Positions 28,626-38,772 of a DNA stretch of 64,000 nucleotides are shown piece by piece. Numbering within the stretch: position 1 is the stretch's first letter; each line of letters starts with the position of its first letter. Below the pieces are notes generated by a model. It saw nothing but the letters and a program-made list of their open reading frames with translations, did not search any database and was not told the DNA's origin. This DNA comes from Acidimicrobiia bacterium (GTDB lineage: Bacteria > Actinomycetota > Acidimicrobiia > IMCC26256 > PALSA-610): assembly GCA_038320885.1 (NCBI GenBank), contig JBBQER010000004.1, positions 177 through 64,176 of the forward strand, written 5' to 3'. The position numbers and the translations under genes are program-made.

Positions 28626-29458
28626 GTGCTCCGCGGCGAGGGCGCGTCGCGGGCAACGAGCCGCCCATCGCCGCCGTCGTCGTCGGTCTCGTCGGTCTCG
28701 TTGTCTTCTTCGTTCTCCCCCTCGCCGGTTTGCTCTGGCGCGCGCCCTGGAGTGACGTCGTTTCGGTGCTGCGCGATCACCGAGCTCGCGACGCGCTCCG
28801 CCTGTCGCTGATCTGCTCGCTGTCGGCGACCGGCCTGTCGGTGCTCTTCGGAATTCCCATCGCCTGGCTCCTGGCCCGGGGCCGCTTCGCGGGTCTCAAC
28901 ATGATCCGGGCCCTGGCCATGCTCCCGTTGGTTCTTCCACCCGTCGTCGGTGGCGTCGCGCTGTTCTACGCATTCGGGCGCCGAGGGCTGATCGGGCAAT
29001 GGCTCGACCACTGGTTCGGCATCCGGCTGCCGTTCACGATCTGGGCCGCGATCATCGCCGAGACGTTCGTGGCGATGCCGTTCTTCGTCATCACGGTGGA
29101 AGGAGCGCTGCGCAGTCTCGACACCCGTTACGAGGACGCGGCCGCGACGTACGGCGCGGGAGCGTGGACGATCCTGCGCCGGGTGACGTTGCCCATGATC
29201 GCTCCTTCGATCGCCGCGGGAATGGCGCTCACGTGGGCGCGCGCCCTCGGAGAGTTCGGCGCGACGATCACCTTCGCCGGAAACACCCCCGGGAAGACGC
29301 AGACGCTTCCACTCGCGATCTATCTCGCGTTCGAAGCCAACGAGCCCGCCGGCATCATCTTGAGCATCGTGCTGCTCGCGATCTCGATCCTCGTGCTCGT
29401 CATCGTGGGCAGCCGGGTCTTCGGCGATCGCCGGCGGGCGCGGGAGGCGGCCCAATGA
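28622..29458 (+). CDS. modB: Molybdate ABC transporter permease
   Basis: LPLVLPPVVGG, EDAAATYGA and ARALGEFGATITFAGN. Confidence 0.93.
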   Translation: MSAPRRGRVAGNEPPIAAVVVGLVGLVVFFVLPLAGLLWRAPWSDVVSVLRDHRARDALRLSLICSLSATGLSVLFGIPIAWLLARGRFAGLNMIRALAMLPLVLPPVVGGVALFYAFGRRGLIGQWLDHWFGIRLPFTIWAAIIAETFVAMPFFVITVEGALRSLDTRYEDAAATYGAGAWTILRRVTLPMIAPSIAAGMALTWARALGEFGATITFAGNTPGKTQTLPLAIYLAFEANEPAGIILSIVLLAISILVLVIVGSRVFGDRRRAREAAQ

Positions 29459-30522
29459 GCGTGGTTGGCCTCGACTGCGACGTTCGCCTGCAGATCGGCA
29501 CGCTCGATCTCAACGCCGCGTTCGTGGTGGCGCCCGGTGAGTTGATCGTCCTGGTCGGCCCCAACGGCGCGGGCAAATCGACGTTGCTGCGGGCGCTTTC
29601 GGGACTACTGCCGATCGACGCCGGACGTATCACGCTCGACGACGACGTGCTCGACGATCCCGGCACCAACACGTTCGTGCCGGCGTCGCAACGGTCGGTC
29701 GGCGTCGTGTTCCAGGACGGCCTGCTCTTCGAGCATCTCAGCATCGTCGAGAACGTCGCGTTCGGCCTGCGCAGCCGGAGCGTGCCGGCGCGGGAGGCCC
29801 GGCGCGTCGCCGAACAGTGGTTGACGCGCCTCAGGTTCGACAACCACGCGGCGTTGCGCCCGCGCGAGCTGTCCGGCGGCCAGATCCAGCGGGTGGCGCT
29901 GGCCCGAGCCCTCGCCTTCGAGCCCCGACTCCTCCTGCTCGACGAGCCGTTCGCGGCACTCGACGCGACGACTCGGGTCGAGGTACGGCGCGAACTGCGG
30001 CGCCACCTCGACTCGGTCGGCGCGCCGAAGATCGTGGTCACGCACGACCCGATCGAGGCGATGGCACTCGCCGATCGCATCATCGTGCTCGAAGACGGGC
30101 ACGTCAGCCAGGAGGGAACATCCGACGATGTCAGAAGCCACCCTCGCACGAGCTACGTCGCCGACCTCGTCGGGATCAACCTCCTGCGAGGCAGTCTGCA
30201 GGGTGGGATCGTCACCTTGCCGGGCGGCCGGCAGGTGGTCGTCGCGACGGACCAACTCGCCGCCGGACCCGTCATCGTCACGATCCACCCTCGGGCCATC
30301 GCGCTGCACAGCCGCCAACCAGACGGGGCGGCGCGCAATGTCTGGGAGACCACCGTCGCCGAAGTCGACGACGAGGGCGACCGCGTCCGGATCGTCCTGG
30401 CGGAACCCGCGCCGCTCGTCGTCGAGATCACGCGCGGCGGAAGCGCGGCGCTTTCGTTGCAACCGGGCGCACGCGTCTGGGCGTCGCTCAAGGCAACCGA
30501 GATCACGGTGCAACCCGACTAG
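29455..30522 (+). CDS. modC: Molybdate ABC transporter ATP-binding protein with TOBE domain
   Basis: GPNGAGKS, LSGGQ, LLLDEP and VTHD; C-terminal TOBE (EIT..S...L.L.PG..VWASLKA). Confidence 0.9.
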   Translation: MSVVGLDCDVRLQIGTLDLNAAFVVAPGELIVLVGPNGAGKSTLLRALSGLLPIDAGRITLDDDVLDDPGTNTFVPASQRSVGVVFQDGLLFEHLSIVENVAFGLRSRSVPAREARRVAEQWLTRLRFDNHAALRPRELSGGQIQRVALARALAFEPRLLLLDEPFAALDATTRVEVRRELRRHLDSVGAPKIVVTHDPIEAMALADRIIVLEDGHVSQEGTSDDVRSHPRTSYVADLVGINLLRGSLQGGIVTLPGGRQVVVATDQLAAGPVIVTIHPRAIALHSRQPDGAARNVWETTVAEVDDEGDRVRIVLAEPAPLVVEITRGGSAALSLQPGARVWASLKATEITVQPD

Positions 30523-30532
30523 GACCGCTCGG

Positions 30533-31642
30533 TCAGTCCTGCAACCCACTCTCGAGTCGCTCGATCGTCTCGATGTACTCCTCGACCAACCCGTACATGA
30601 CGTCGCGCACCGACTGGACCTCGTTCATCCGACCCACGATCTGGCCGACGGGCGCAAACGCGAGATCCTTGCGCCCGGAGCGCGCGATCCGCGCGTTGGC
30701 CTCGGCGGTGAGGATGTTCTGCAGCGGCATGCCCAACGGTCCCGGGCCGGCCGGATCCTCCCACGCATCGGTCCAAGTGTTGCGCAACATGCGCGCGGGC
30801 TTGCCGGTGTAGCAGCGCGAGCGCACGGTGTCGGCCGACGTCGCTTCGAGATAGGCCTGCAGCACGGCGGGGCCGGAGTTGCTCTCCGCGGTGGTGAGCC
30901 AGAGCGAGCCCAACCACGCGCCCTGCGCGCCGAGCGAGAGAGCCGCCGCAATCTGGCGGCCGCTTCCGATCCCACCCGCGGCGAGCACGGGAACGGGAGC
31001 GATCGCGTCGACGACCTCGGGAACGAGCACCATGGTCGCGATCTCGCCGGTGTGACCGCCCGCCTCGTAGCCCTGGGCGACGATGACGTCGACGCCGTTG
31101 TTCGCGTGGCGTTGCGCGTGTTGCGCTTTGCCCGCGAGCGCCGCGACCTTCACGCCGTGCTCGTGGGCCTGGTCGATGACGTCCTTGGGCGGCGAACCGA
31201 GCGCGTTGGCGATGAGCGCGATCGGGTGCGCGAGCGCGATCTCGACGTGGCGGTGGGCGACGTCGTCGGTCCAGCCCAGCACCCCGTGCGGTTCGTCGCC
31301 TTCGGGAAGGGGCGGCAACTCGAGCCGCTGCATGAGCTCGTCGACGTAGCGCCAATGGTTGGCGTCGATCATCGAGCGGATCTGGGCGAGCATCTCCTCG
31401 GCGTTGCCGCCTTCCACGTCGACCGACTTCTGCGGCATGACGGTATCGACCCCGTAGGGCTTGCCGTCGACGTGGGCATCGATCCAGTCGAGCTCGATCT
31501 CGAGTTGCTCGGGGCTGAAGCCCACGGCGCCGAGCACGCCGATACCGCCCGCCTTGCTGACCGCCGCGACCACATCTCGGCAATGCGTGAAGGCGAAGAT
31601 CGGGTACTCGATGCCGAACACATCGCACAGTGGAGTTCGCAT
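30533..31642 (-). CDS. Nitronate monooxygenase/FabK-like flavin oxidoreductase
   Basis: AQGYEAGGHTG and VLAAGGIGSGRQ. Confidence 0.9.
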   Translation of the reverse strand: MRTPLCDVFGIEYPIFAFTHCRDVVAAVSKAGGIGVLGAVGFSPEQLEIELDWIDAHVDGKPYGVDTVMPQKSVDVEGGNAEEMLAQIRSMIDANHWRYVDELMQRLELPPLPEGDEPHGVLGWTDDVAHRHVEIALAHPIALIANALGSPPKDVIDQAHEHGVKVAALAGKAQHAQRHANNGVDVIVAQGYEAGGHTGEIATMVLVPEVVDAIAPVPVLAAGGIGSGRQIAAALSLGAQGAWLGSLWLTTAESNSGPAVLQAYLEATSADTVRSRCYTGKPARMLRNTWTDAWEDPAGPGPLGMPLQNILTAEANARIARSGRKDLAFAPVGQIVGRMNEVQSVRDVMYGLVEEYIETIERLESGLQD

Positions 31643-31701
31643 GGTGTCCCCTCGGATCTCGGCGCCGGAACCTGTCCGCACCAAAGGTAACTTGCCGATC
31701 C

Positions 31702-31863
31702 ATGACCGCACTCAACGACGCCGCCCGCAACGCCATCACGGCGGGGAGGCTTGCCCACGTCGTCACGATCAATTTCCCGGCATTCGACAATCCCCCACCC
31801 GGTCACGTCATCCGCATCAAGGTCGATCGGGTCGGCGGCGTCGGACCTTGGACCGAGAGTTAG
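31702..31863 (+). pseudogene. Internally deleted PPOX-class F420-dependent oxidoreductase remnant
   Basis: 53 aa joining a family-typical N-terminus (L.DAAR.AI.AGRLAHVVTIN) directly to the C-terminus (FP.FDNPPPG.V.RI..DRVGGVGPW); the central PDGSPQ...K.RN..RDPRV core is missing. Confidence 0.65.
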
Positions 31864-31883
31864 CGCGAGCCCGGCGATCTGTT

Positions 31884-33236
31884 CTATTCCGTGTAGTACC
31901 GATCCGTCACCTTCAACGCGCCGTCGAGCGCGTCGATGCCCTCGTCCACTTCTGCTTCGTTGACGGTGCACGGCGGGACGAAGTGCGTGCGATTGAAGTG
32001 CACGAACGGCCAGGCGCCGCGCTCGCGCATGGCGCCCGCGAACTCGACCATCGGCTGCGCAGCCTCGCCGGCCGCGTTGTACGGCACCAGCGGCTCGCGC
32101 GTCGTGCGGCTCCGGACGAGCTCGAGCGCCCAGAACACGCCGAGTCCCCGCACCTCACCGACCGACGGATGCCGACTGGCGAGATCTCGGAGCTTGGGAC
32201 CGATCACGTGCTCGCCGATCGAGCGGGCGTGCTCGACGATGCCCTCGTCCTCGAAGATCTTGATGGAGGCGACCGCGGACGCGCACGCGAGCGGGTGGCC
32301 CGAGTACGTCAGACCGCCGGGGAAGGACTGCCGGGCGAACGTCTCGGCGATCGCGCGCGAGATGATCACTCCACCCAACGGGACGTAGCCGGAGTTGACG
32401 CCCTTCGCGAACGTGATGAGGTCCGGTGTGACTCCCCATCGATCGACGGCGAACCACTCGCCGCACCGACCGAAGCCGGCCATGACCTCGTCGGCGATCA
32501 TGACGACGCCGAACTCGTCGCAGATCGCGCGGATCCCCGCGAGATACCCGTCGGGCGGAACGAGGATGCCGTTCGTGCCGACCACGGTCTCCAGCACGAT
32601 GGCGGCGACCGTGTGGGGCCCTTCGAACGTGAGGACCTCGCGCAGATGCGCGAGCGCGCGCTCGCACTCATCCGCTTCGGTCTCGGCGTGAAAGGAGGAA
32701 CGGTAGAGGTACGGACCCCAGTAACGAACGACGCCGGGAATGCCGGGTTCGCTGGCCCAGCGTCTCGGTTCACCGGTCAGCGCGATCGAACCCGCGGTGG
32801 CCCCGTGGTAGCTGCGGTACGCCGCGAGCACCTTGTGCCGGCCAGTGTGGATGCGAGCCATGCGGATCGCGTACTCGTTGGCTTCCGCGCCGCCGTTCGT
32901 GAAGAACACGCGATCGAGGTCGCCGGGCGCGCGCTCTGCGATGAGTCGCGCGGCTTCGCCCCGTACGTCGACCGCGAACGCGGGCGAGACCGTGCAGAGC
33001 TTGCCCGCCTGTTCCTGGATCGCGGCAACGAGTCGCGGGTGCTGATGGCCGATGTTCAAGTTGACGAGTTGCGAGCTGAGATCGAGGTATCGCTTGCCGT
33101 CGGCGTCCCAGAAGTAGGAGCCCAGGGCCCGCGAGATCGGGAGCGGGTCGATCAGCTCCTGCGCCGACCAGGAGTGGAAGACGTGCGCGCCGTCGTCGGC
33201 CCGCACCGCGTCGCCGGGGTTCCTCGTAGCGGCCAT
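31884..33236 (-). CDS. Class III PLP aminotransferase (omega-amino acid/taurine-pyruvate-like)
   Basis: HVFHSWSAQ, FTNGGAEANE, SYHG, ADEVMAGFGRCG and TFAKG (PLP lysine). Confidence 0.92.
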   Translation of the reverse strand: MAATRNPGDAVRADDGAHVFHSWSAQELIDPLPISRALGSYFWDADGKRYLDLSSQLVNLNIGHQHPRLVAAIQEQAGKLCTVSPAFAVDVRGEAARLIAERAPGDLDRVFFTNGGAEANEYAIRMARIHTGRHKVLAAYRSYHGATAGSIALTGEPRRWASEPGIPGVVRYWGPYLYRSSFHAETEADECERALAHLREVLTFEGPHTVAAIVLETVVGTNGILVPPDGYLAGIRAICDEFGVVMIADEVMAGFGRCGEWFAVDRWGVTPDLITFAKGVNSGYVPLGGVIISRAIAETFARQSFPGGLTYSGHPLACASAVASIKIFEDEGIVEHARSIGEHVIGPKLRDLASRHPSVGEVRGLGVFWALELVRSRTTREPLVPYNAAGEAAQPMVEFAGAMRERGAWPFVHFNRTHFVPPCTVNEAEVDEGIDALDGALKVTDRYYTE

Positions 33237-33365
33237 CGGTGCATTGTTGCGCAAGTCCTCGACCAGCCGTGCCTCCCGAAAACTCGGCCGCTTCTTGCCC
33301 TCCTCCGAGCTTCGACTCAGGCGCGTCCCCGACACTCGAGGCAACGAGGGAGCAAAGGACGCGTC

Positions 33366-33779
33366 ATGGACGGAACTCCGGCTGCGGTTCGCGGCGTCGT
33401 ATCCACTGTGAACCAGGCGAGGACGGCGTCGGACCGAGGTGGCTCGAACCGGGCGATCAACGTCGTCGTGCTCTTCGCGCCACGCGGTGGTCCGCTGGCG
33501 CCGTTCGAGCGCTCGGTCGCCGAGTGGAGCCTGCGCGGGCGCGCGGTGCTCGTGGTCCTTCCCCGCGCGGTCGATGCCGAGACGCTCGCTCGACTCGCGG
33601 CGCTGGGCGCGGACCTCTGTGTCATCGCCCCGACGTCGACCGAGCTCTTCGCCAGTGTGGAGCAGGCGCGATCAATTCACCGGCGCCGCGGTGCCGAGCC
33701 GCCTACGGTCGCGCCGTGGGAGATCTCGCGCGGGATACCGCGGTCGTCGGCGGCGACGGTCGGTACCGGGGGACGCTGA
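33366..33779 (+). CDS. Hypothetical protein, possibly a degenerate receiver-like fold
   Basis: GGAG upstream; VLVVL..A.DAE.LARLAALGADLCVIAP.S.EL resembles REC beta4-alpha5; overlaps the next gene by 64 bp. Confidence 0.4.
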   Translation: MDGTPAAVRGVVSTVNQARTASDRGGSNRAINVVVLFAPRGGPLAPFERSVAEWSLRGRAVLVVLPRAVDAETLARLAALGADLCVIAPTSTELFASVEQARSIHRRRGAEPPTVAPWEISRGIPRSSAATVGTGGR

Positions 33780-34543
33780 GCGGCGACTGGGAAATTTGGG
33801 GACCGATGGGCGGCTACGTCGCCGGCGTCGCGTTGCGCGCCGCGGCCGAGGAAGCGCCACCCGGCCTCGAGCCCGCGACCTTCACGTGTCAGTTCCTGTC
33901 GACGGCGCGCTTCCAAGCCGTCGACATCGACGTGACAGTTCGGCGCGCGTCACGGCGAACCGCCGCCATCACGGTGCACCTCTCCCAGGAGGGCACTCCG
34001 GTTCTCGATGCGCAGGCGTGGTTCGCGACGCCGAGTGACGTCGTGCGGCACGATCACGCGAAGGCCCACCGTTACGGCCACCCCGACGACCACGCACCGA
34101 TCTCGACGTACACCGACGAGCAACCCAAGTTCGCCTTCTGGAACAACTTCGAGGTCAAGTCGCTCTACTGGGTCGAGGATTGGGACACGTTCGAGGGCGA
34201 CGAACCGGAGTGGGCGCAGTGGGTCCGGTTCGTTCCGACGTCGGAATTCGCCGATCCCGTGCTCGAAGCGGTCCGGCTGGTCCTGCTCGCCGATCTGCCG
34301 TCCTTCCCCGCGGCCGTACGCGCGCATCCCGGTCCGCAGACGTTCGTGTCGCCGAGCCTCGATCTGGCGGTGCAGTTCCATCGCCTCGCGGACCTCGGCG
34401 AGTGGCTCCTCGTCCAAGGCGTGGCTCCGATCGCGGATCGGGGTCTGATGGCATTCCGATCCGAGGTGTGGAGCGCGAACGGTCGCCAGGCCGCGAGCGG
34501 TAGCGGCCAGCTCCTCCTGCGCGCGGTGCCGCCGCAGGCCTAG
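33716..34543 (+). CDS. Acyl-CoA thioesterase (double hotdog, TesB-like)
   Basis: WEIWGPMGGYVA, LLADL and PSLDLAVQFH. Confidence 0.85.
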   Translation: MGDLARDTAVVGGDGRYRGTLSGDWEIWGPMGGYVAGVALRAAAEEAPPGLEPATFTCQFLSTARFQAVDIDVTVRRASRRTAAITVHLSQEGTPVLDAQAWFATPSDVVRHDHAKAHRYGHPDDHAPISTYTDEQPKFAFWNNFEVKSLYWVEDWDTFEGDEPEWAQWVRFVPTSEFADPVLEAVRLVLLADLPSFPAAVRAHPGPQTFVSPSLDLAVQFHRLADLGEWLLVQGVAPIADRGLMAFRSEVWSANGRQAASGSGQLLLRAVPPQA

Positions 34544-34574
34544 CTGGCCCAGCCGGCCGCGTTCGCGACGGCGG

Positions 34575-35579
34575 CTACGACGCGTCGACCGAAGTCGTCG
34601 CGAATCGATCGGTCTCGCGCGCGTGCAAGGGATCGTCGGCCGGCCACGGCCAGCGGCCGAAGCCCGTCTCCCGGTAGTCGGCGAAGGCCCGCTCGATACC
34701 CGCTTCGTCGTTCATCACGAACGGTCCGTATTGCGCGACGGGTTCGCCGATCGGGCGGCCCTGCAATACGAGCGCCTCGGTACCGGCCGCGCCCGCGACG
34801 AGCTCGATGCTCTCGTCGACGCGCACGACGACGGCGGTCGGCGCGTCGATCTCGCGGTCGTCGATCCGTACCGATCCCTGGAACACATACAGGGTGCGCA
34901 CGGTTTCGGCGCCCGCGGTCGACGGGAGGGTCCAATGCGCGTCGGGTTCCGCGGCGATGTGCCAGATCGCGAGGTCGGAACCCGGTTGCGACGCCCACGA
35001 ATCGGGTGGTGGCGGCGGCGGACGCAGCCCGTCCAGCTCGCCGGCGATCACGGTGATGTCGGTGGTGCGGCCGTCGGCGTCGCGAACCACGTGGTGCGGG
35101 AGGTCCTCGCTCCACAACATCGTGAAGTACGGGTCGACCATCTTGTTGGCGGCCGGCAGGTTGAGCCAGATCTGGAACAGCTCGGTCCGGTTGGGCCCGT
35201 CTCGATCGAGCAGCGGGAACATCTCGCTGTGCACGATGCCCTTCCCCGCGGTGAGCCATTGCACGTCACCTCGACCGAAGCGCGCGGTTGCACCCAAGGA
35301 GTCGGAGTGATCGATGAAACCGCTCCGAACGAAGGTGACGGTTTCGAATCCGCGGTGCGGATGCTGCGGGAACCCGGGCACCGTCGTCCCGTGATACATC
35401 CGCCAGCCGTCGATCCCGGCGAAGTCGTTGCCGATCTCGCGACCGGTGAGAGTGGCCGCCGGACCCATCCGATCGTTACCGGCGGGATAGTCGTCGACGT
35501 GGTGGACGCAGAACAGGAACGGGTCCGCGGTCGGCCACCGAAAGCCGAGCGGAACCGTCTGGAGCACCGAATCGGTCAC
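34575..35579 (-). CDS. Pirin family protein
   Basis: GFPQHPHRGFETVT, DHSDS, TAGKGIVHSEM, FQIWLNLP and GPFVMN. Confidence 0.95.
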   Translation of the reverse strand: MTDSVLQTVPLGFRWPTADPFLFCVHHVDDYPAGNDRMGPAATLTGREIGNDFAGIDGWRMYHGTTVPGFPQHPHRGFETVTFVRSGFIDHSDSLGATARFGRGDVQWLTAGKGIVHSEMFPLLDRDGPNRTELFQIWLNLPAANKMVDPYFTMLWSEDLPHHVVRDADGRTTDITVIAGELDGLRPPPPPPDSWASQPGSDLAIWHIAAEPDAHWTLPSTAGAETVRTLYVFQGSVRIDDREIDAPTAVVVRVDESIELVAGAAGTEALVLQGRPIGEPVAQYGPFVMNDEAGIERAFADYRETGFGRWPWPADDPLHARETDRFATTSVDAS

Positions 35580-35650
35580 GCATCGAGGCTACCGAGCGCG
35601 ATGTCAGCAGCGAAGCGCCGAGCGACGCCGCGTCTCCAGAGCTGCCTCGG

Positions 35651-36988
35651 GTGCTCGTATGCTCCCGCCGTCACCGCGCGCAGGGGGCAGCATTGTGTAG
35701 GGCACGCCGGATCGTCGTCGTGTTGGGACTCGCCGGCCTCGGCGCGCTGCTCGGCGCGGGTCACGCGAGCGCCGCCACCAGCACGACGACCGCACCCGCC
35801 GCCTCGATCGGTGGCACGCTCACCGTCGACGGTCATCCGGTTCCCGGCGTTCGCATCACGACCGTGCAGGGCGCCAAGGAGGTCGGGCGCGCGGTCTCCG
35901 ATCGGCGCGGCGTCTGGCGGATCGTGGTGCCGGGCCCCGGCACGTACAAGGTCAAACTCGACGTGTCGACCCTGCCCTCGGGCGTGCACGCCGAACGCCC
36001 CGAGCTCCCGGAGTACCGCGTGTTCGGATCGTTCGCGCAGAGCGCCGGGTTCACCCTGACGTCAGGGCGATCGGCTACCGGCGGTGGCCAGTCCCGCTTC
36101 GATCTCCTGCTCAACCTGTTCGTGAGCGGAATCCGGTTCGGGTTGATCGTCGGTCTGTGTTCCGTCGGGCTCTCGCTGATCTACGGAACCACCGGGCTCG
36201 TGAATTTCGCGCACGGCGAGCTCGTCACCTTCGGCGCGTTGATCGCATGGTTGTTCAACACGATGACCTCGGGCCCAAAGCTTCCGCTCGCGCTGGCCGC
36301 GGTGATCGGGATGCTCGCGACCGGTCTCCTGGGCGCTGGGCTGGAGCGCGAGCTGTGGCAACCGCTCACGCGCCGCCGGTCGGGGGCGATCGGTCGCATG
36401 CTCGTATCGATCGGGCTCGCGCTCTTCCTACGATACCTCTACCAGGTGATCTTCAAGGGCGCGCCGCGTTCCTTCCGGCAGTACGCCGCGCCCAGCCCGG
36501 TCAAGATCGGGCCGCTGGAATCGCCGGTCCGTGATTACGTGATCATGGGCATCTGTCTCGTAGTGCTGCTCGTCGTGGCTGCGATGCTGCAGCGATCGCG
36601 GCTCGGCACTGCGATCCGCGCCGTGTCCGACGAGCGCGATCTCTCCGCGGCATCCGGCATCAACGTCGCGGGAGTGACACTCCTCGTGTGGATCGGTGGC
36701 GGGATGCTGGCCGGACTCGGGGGTGTGATGCTGGGTATGGGATCGCAGGGCGTGCAATGGAACATGGGATTCCGGCTGCTGCTCACGATGTTCGCAGCCG
36801 TTGTCCTGGGCGGTCTCGGCAATCCGTATGGCGCGATGGCCGGCGGTCTGGTCGTCGGGGTGGCATCGCAAGTCAGCACCTACTGGTTGCCGTCCGACCT
36901 CCAGTTCGCCATCGCGCTCGTCATCCTCATTCTCGTGCTGCTCGCGCGACCGCAGGGCATTCTCGGCGTGCGAGAACGGATCGGCTGA
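35651..36988 (+). CDS. livH: Branched-chain amino acid-type ABC permease (LivH-like) with N-terminal extracytoplasmic Ig-like domain
   Basis: GLSLIYGTTGLVNFAHGE and AAVVLGGLG; start codon uncertain. Confidence 0.88.
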   Translation: MLVCSRRHRAQGAALCRARRIVVVLGLAGLGALLGAGHASAATSTTTAPAASIGGTLTVDGHPVPGVRITTVQGAKEVGRAVSDRRGVWRIVVPGPGTYKVKLDVSTLPSGVHAERPELPEYRVFGSFAQSAGFTLTSGRSATGGGQSRFDLLLNLFVSGIRFGLIVGLCSVGLSLIYGTTGLVNFAHGELVTFGALIAWLFNTMTSGPKLPLALAAVIGMLATGLLGAGLERELWQPLTRRRSGAIGRMLVSIGLALFLRYLYQVIFKGAPRSFRQYAAPSPVKIGPLESPVRDYVIMGICLVVLLVVAAMLQRSRLGTAIRAVSDERDLSAASGINVAGVTLLVWIGGGMLAGLGGVMLGMGSQGVQWNMGFRLLLTMFAAVVLGGLGNPYGAMAGGLVVGVASQVSTYWLPSDLQFAIALVILILVLLARPQGILGVRERIG

Positions 36989-36992
36989 CGCG

Positions 36993-37988
36993 ATGGACTG
37001 GACGGGCATCCTCAGCGACGGCGTCCGGGCCGGTCTCGGCATCAACGCCGCGGTCTACGCGCTTGCGGCGGTTGGCCTGAACGTGCAGTTCGGATACGCG
37101 GGATTGTGGAACTTCGGCCAGGCCGGGTTCTTGCTCGTCGGTGGCTACGGCACTGCGATCGCCGTGAACAGCTGGGGGCTGTGGCTTCCATTGGCGGTGC
37201 TCGTCGGCATCGCCGCGTCGATCCTGCTCGCGCTCCTGCTCGGCATCCCGACACTGCGCCTGCGCGGCGACTATCTCGCGATCGTCACCATCGCCGCGGC
37301 CGAGATCCTCCGCATCGTCGTGAATTCCACGAAGGTGCAGTCGGTGACCGGAGGGCCGCAGGGCATCGGCGGGTTCGCGAACTGGTTCTTCGACCACAAC
37401 CCGATCGCGAAAGGCCGTTACGGATTCGGCACGATCACCTTCGACCAGCGCCAGCTGTGGGTGACGCTGGTGACCTGGGTGCTCGTCGCGCTCGCGTCAC
37501 TGTTGGTTGCGCTGCTCGTCCACAGCCCGTGGGGCCGCGTCGTGCGGGGAATCCGCGAAGACGAGGACGCGGTGCGCTCGCTGGGCAAGAACGTGTACGC
37601 ATACAAGATGCAGGCATTGGTGCTGGGCGGTGCGATCGGCGGCGTCGCGGGGATCATGCTCGTGTTCGACCAGCAATTCATCCAGCCGGATCTCTTCCAG
37701 TCGGCCATCACCTTCTACGCGTTCGCGGCGTTGATCCTCGGCGGGACCGCGCGCATCTTCGGTCCGATTCTGGGCGCGATCGCGTTCTGGTTCCTCGTCG
37801 AGGGCGCCGACAGCTTCCTCGGACACGCCGTCGACCACAACTTCCTCGGATTCGGCCATCTGATCGACCCGACCGAGATCGGCACGTTCCGCTTCGTGCT
37901 CGTCGGGCTCATCATCATGCTGCTCGTCATATTCCGCCCGCAAGGATTCCTCGGGTCTCGCCGGGAGGTGATGCTCGGTGAGCAATAA
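36993..37988 (+). CDS. livM: Branched-chain amino acid-type ABC permease (LivM-like)
   Basis: GLNVQFGYAGLWNFGQ, LRLRGDYLAIVTIA and IREDEDA. Confidence 0.9.
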   Translation: MDWTGILSDGVRAGLGINAAVYALAAVGLNVQFGYAGLWNFGQAGFLLVGGYGTAIAVNSWGLWLPLAVLVGIAASILLALLLGIPTLRLRGDYLAIVTIAAAEILRIVVNSTKVQSVTGGPQGIGGFANWFFDHNPIAKGRYGFGTITFDQRQLWVTLVTWVLVALASLLVALLVHSPWGRVVRGIREDEDAVRSLGKNVYAYKMQALVLGGAIGGVAGIMLVFDQQFIQPDLFQSAITFYAFAALILGGTARIFGPILGAIAFWFLVEGADSFLGHAVDHNFLGFGHLIDPTEIGTFRFVLVGLIIMLLVIFRPQGFLGSRREVMLGEQ

Positions 37989-38772
37989 GCCCGACGGTTC
38001 GGCACCGATCCTCGTCGTCAACTCGGTCGTACGACGCTTCGGAGGCTTGGTCGCGGTGTCCGTCGATCACCTCGAGGTCGAGCGTCACACGATCACCGCG
38101 CTGATCGGGCCCAACGGCGCCGGCAAGACGACGTTGTTCAACGTGCTGACCGGGTTCGATCATGCCGACGGCGGACATTGGACGTTCGATGGCGTCGACG
38201 TCTCCGGCCGGCCCGCGTACCGCATCGCCCGCCAGGGCATGGTCCGGACGTTCCAGCTCACGAAGGCGCTATCGGGATTGACCGTGCTCGAGAACATGCT
38301 CCTCGGTGCATCCGGTCAATCGGGCGAGCGCATCGTCACCGCGCTGTTCCGCTTCCGCTGGCGCGCCGAGGAGCACGCGGCACGCGAGCGCGCGCTCGCG
38401 CTGCTCGACGACTTCGGATTGTCGGCGCTACAGAACGATCTTGCTGCGACGTTGTCAGGGGGCCAACGCAAGCTGCTCGAGATGGCGCGCGCGCTCATGG
38501 TCGAACCCCAGCTCGTGATGCTCGACGAACCGATGGCGGGTGTGAACCCGGCCCTCGTGCAATCGCTGCTGCACCATGTGCGGCGACTGCTTGACGAAGG
38601 CCGGACCGTCGTGTTCGTCGAGAACGACATGGACGTGGTCATGTCGATCGCCGATCGCGTCGTGTGCATGGCGGAGGGCCGGGTGATCGCCGACGGCACC
38701 CCCACGGAAGTTGTCCGCAACCAGGCCGTGATCGATGCGTATCTCGGACAGCGCCACGCGCGAGCAACATGA
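37978..38772 (+). CDS. livG: ABC ATP-binding protein (LivG-like)
   Basis: FGGLVAV, GPNGAGKTT, RTFQ, LSGGQ and LDEP; H-loop reads VENDMD. Confidence 0.9.
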   Translation: MSNKPDGSAPILVVNSVVRRFGGLVAVSVDHLEVERHTITALIGPNGAGKTTLFNVLTGFDHADGGHWTFDGVDVSGRPAYRIARQGMVRTFQLTKALSGLTVLENMLLGASGQSGERIVTALFRFRWRAEEHAARERALALLDDFGLSALQNDLAATLSGGQRKLLEMARALMVEPQLVMLDEPMAGVNPALVQSLLHHVRRLLDEGRTVVFVENDMDVVMSIADRVVCMAEGRVIADGTPTEVVRNQAVIDAYLGQRHARAT

